DNA of 64,000 nucleotides from Nitrospinales bacterium (lineage in GTDB: Bacteria > Nitrospinota > Nitrospinia > Nitrospinales > VA-1). The stretch spans positions 2,150,759-2,214,758 of the forward strand of contig OZ242182.1 of NCBI GenBank assembly GCA_965205835.1, given 5' to 3'. A program made the position numbers and the translations under genes. Numbering within the stretch: the stretch's first letter is position 1; every line of letters begins with the position of its first letter. Positions 62,794-64,000 of this stretch are shown in pieces. The notes under the pieces were generated by a model. It saw only the letters and a list, made by a program, of their open reading frames with translations, did not search any database and was not told the origin of the DNA.

Positions 62794-63732
62794 ATGAAAA
62801 TAGCGCTCACCGGTATTACCGGAATGGTGGGTTCCCATCTTATTAAAAAACTTGTTGAAGAAAATCCGGAAGGTTCTCCCTACAATATCAAGGCTTTGAT
62901 CCGCGAAGGTAGTGTGGTGGAACATTTAAAGACCTTTGAGGATGTGGATTATATCATCGGAGGTTTGGAGGACCGGGAATCCCTTGCAAAGCTCGTGCAG
63001 GACGTGGATGTGTTGTTGCATCTGGCCCATTTCCCCGGTCCGGTTCAGGCCATTGATGAATTGGCCAAGGTCAACGTCAACGGCTCCTTCGATTTGCTGG
63101 AAGAAGCTAAAAAGGCCAAGGTCAAGCAGGTGGTGTTCATGAGCTCGTGCACCGTGTTTGGGCAAATTCTTCCCACGGTAGATCAGGAACACCCGCTGGA
63201 TGAAAACCACCCTGTTTGGCCCAGTAGCCTTTATGGTTCGGTCAAGTCCTCGATTGAAGGGTTTTGCCACTATTACCACAAAAACCGGGCGTTTGATTTA
63301 ACCATCCTGCGACCGGTCACTGTGTATGGGGTGCGGCCTCAGATTGATAAGTCCGAATGGTTTCAAACTATTGACTACCTCGCTACAAACTACAACGTCG
63401 ACCTTAAAGGCAGTACCAAATATGTCGCGGTAGGCTCGGTGGTGCAGGCGATACAGAAGGTCATGGGAAATGCGGAGGCATCTGGAAAAACCTACCATTT
63501 GATTGACGGGCATATTCATAATCTGGCTCTGGGAAAACTGATTGCGGAAACCATCGATTCTTTTGGCGAGTGCGAAGGTGTCATGGGGGAGGATGGCGTA
63601 CCGATGTCCAATCAAGCGGCTAAAGACCTTGGAGTTGAGTTTCCCGGTCAAGAGCGCATTGTTGAATATATCAAACTTATCCATAAGCTTCAGGGGGAAT
63701 ATGGTGGAGAACGAAACATTCAAAACTGGTAG
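62794..63732 (+). CDS. NAD-dependent epimerase/dehydratase (extended SDR)
   Basis: TGITGMVG, HLA, SS, YGSVK, RP..VYG; GGAGG SD. Confidence 0.85.
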   Translation: MKIALTGITGMVGSHLIKKLVEENPEGSPYNIKALIREGSVVEHLKTFEDVDYIIGGLEDRESLAKLVQDVDVLLHLAHFPGPVQAIDELAKVNVNGSFDLLEEAKKAKVKQVVFMSSCTVFGQILPTVDQEHPLDENHPVWPSSLYGSVKSSIEGFCHYYHKNRAFDLTILRPVTVYGVRPQIDKSEWFQTIDYLATNYNVDLKGSTKYVAVGSVVQAIQKVMGNAEASGKTYHLIDGHIHNLALGKLIAETIDSFGECEGVMGEDGVPMSNQAAKDLGVEFPGQERIVEYIKLIHKLQGEYGGERNIQNW

Positions 63733-63743
63733 AGGAATCAAAC

Positions 63744-64000
63744 GTGTCGTCACTCACATCCCGGACTTTCATTGACCGGTTGATCAGGGAAAACTTTAAA
63801 TTTTTTACCGGAGTTCCCTGCTCGTTGTTATCGGGCCTGATTTCATGTCTGGAAGAAGTTGAAGAAGCTAAATATATTCCATCAGTGCGAGAAGATGTTG
63901 CGGTCGGTCTGTGCGCGGGTGCTTATCTTTCTGGCTCCCTGCCTGTCCTGCTGATGCAAAACTCAGGACTGGGTTATTGTCTCAACGCGTTCACCTCGCT
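63744..64000 (+). CDS. Sulfopyruvate/phosphonopyruvate decarboxylase alpha-like (TPP enzyme N-terminal domain), partial
   Basis: Not in the ORF track; translation MSSLTSRTF...FFTGVPCSLL...REDVAVGLCAGAYL...LMQNSGLG; GAGG SD; runs off the window. Confidence 0.85.
   Translation, partial: MSSLTSRTFIDRLIRENFKFFTGVPCSLLSGLISCLEEVEEAKYIPSVREDVAVGLCAGAYLSGSLPVLLMQNSGLGYCLNAFTS

Overview
Bacterial chromosomal segment made up mostly of housekeeping genes. The gene content and order (uppS-cdsA-dxr-ispF; tRNA-Val-thrS-infC-rpmI-rplT-pheS; thiSGEC; TPR-lolB-like-ispE-tRNA-Gln-prs-rplY-pth-hppA-mqnA; hisIG; ribF-tRNA-Leu-mnmG; glyQS-ppdK) would fit a Gram-negative Nitrospinota/deltaproteobacteria-like organism, which is an inference only. 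Three tRNAs (Val-GAC, Gln-TTG, Leu-CAG) and a TPP riboswitch are visible. The strongest candidate for an uncharacterised system is a dedicated type II fatty-acid/polyketide cluster at 2837-9499: a divergent ketosynthase, its own ACP, two tandem CrtI/retinol-saturase-like FAD oxidoreductases, FabG, FabZ and FabI, joined to the isoprenoid/phospholipid operon. Other notable items: an unannotated structured intergenic RNA candidate (~26002-26134); a MITE family with ~15-bp terminal inverted repeats (3 copies, one in the TPP-riboswitch leader with a 9-bp target duplication); a dispersed ~43-bp repeat module; an unannotated 39-aa basic peptide behind a Fic gene; an AT-rich ABC-ATPase + DUF4276/TOPRIM-like gene pair (candidate defence module); pheS without pheT; a doubly frameshifted TPR lipoprotein; and GlyS with a C-terminal extension. 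All calls are by eye, with no database searches.
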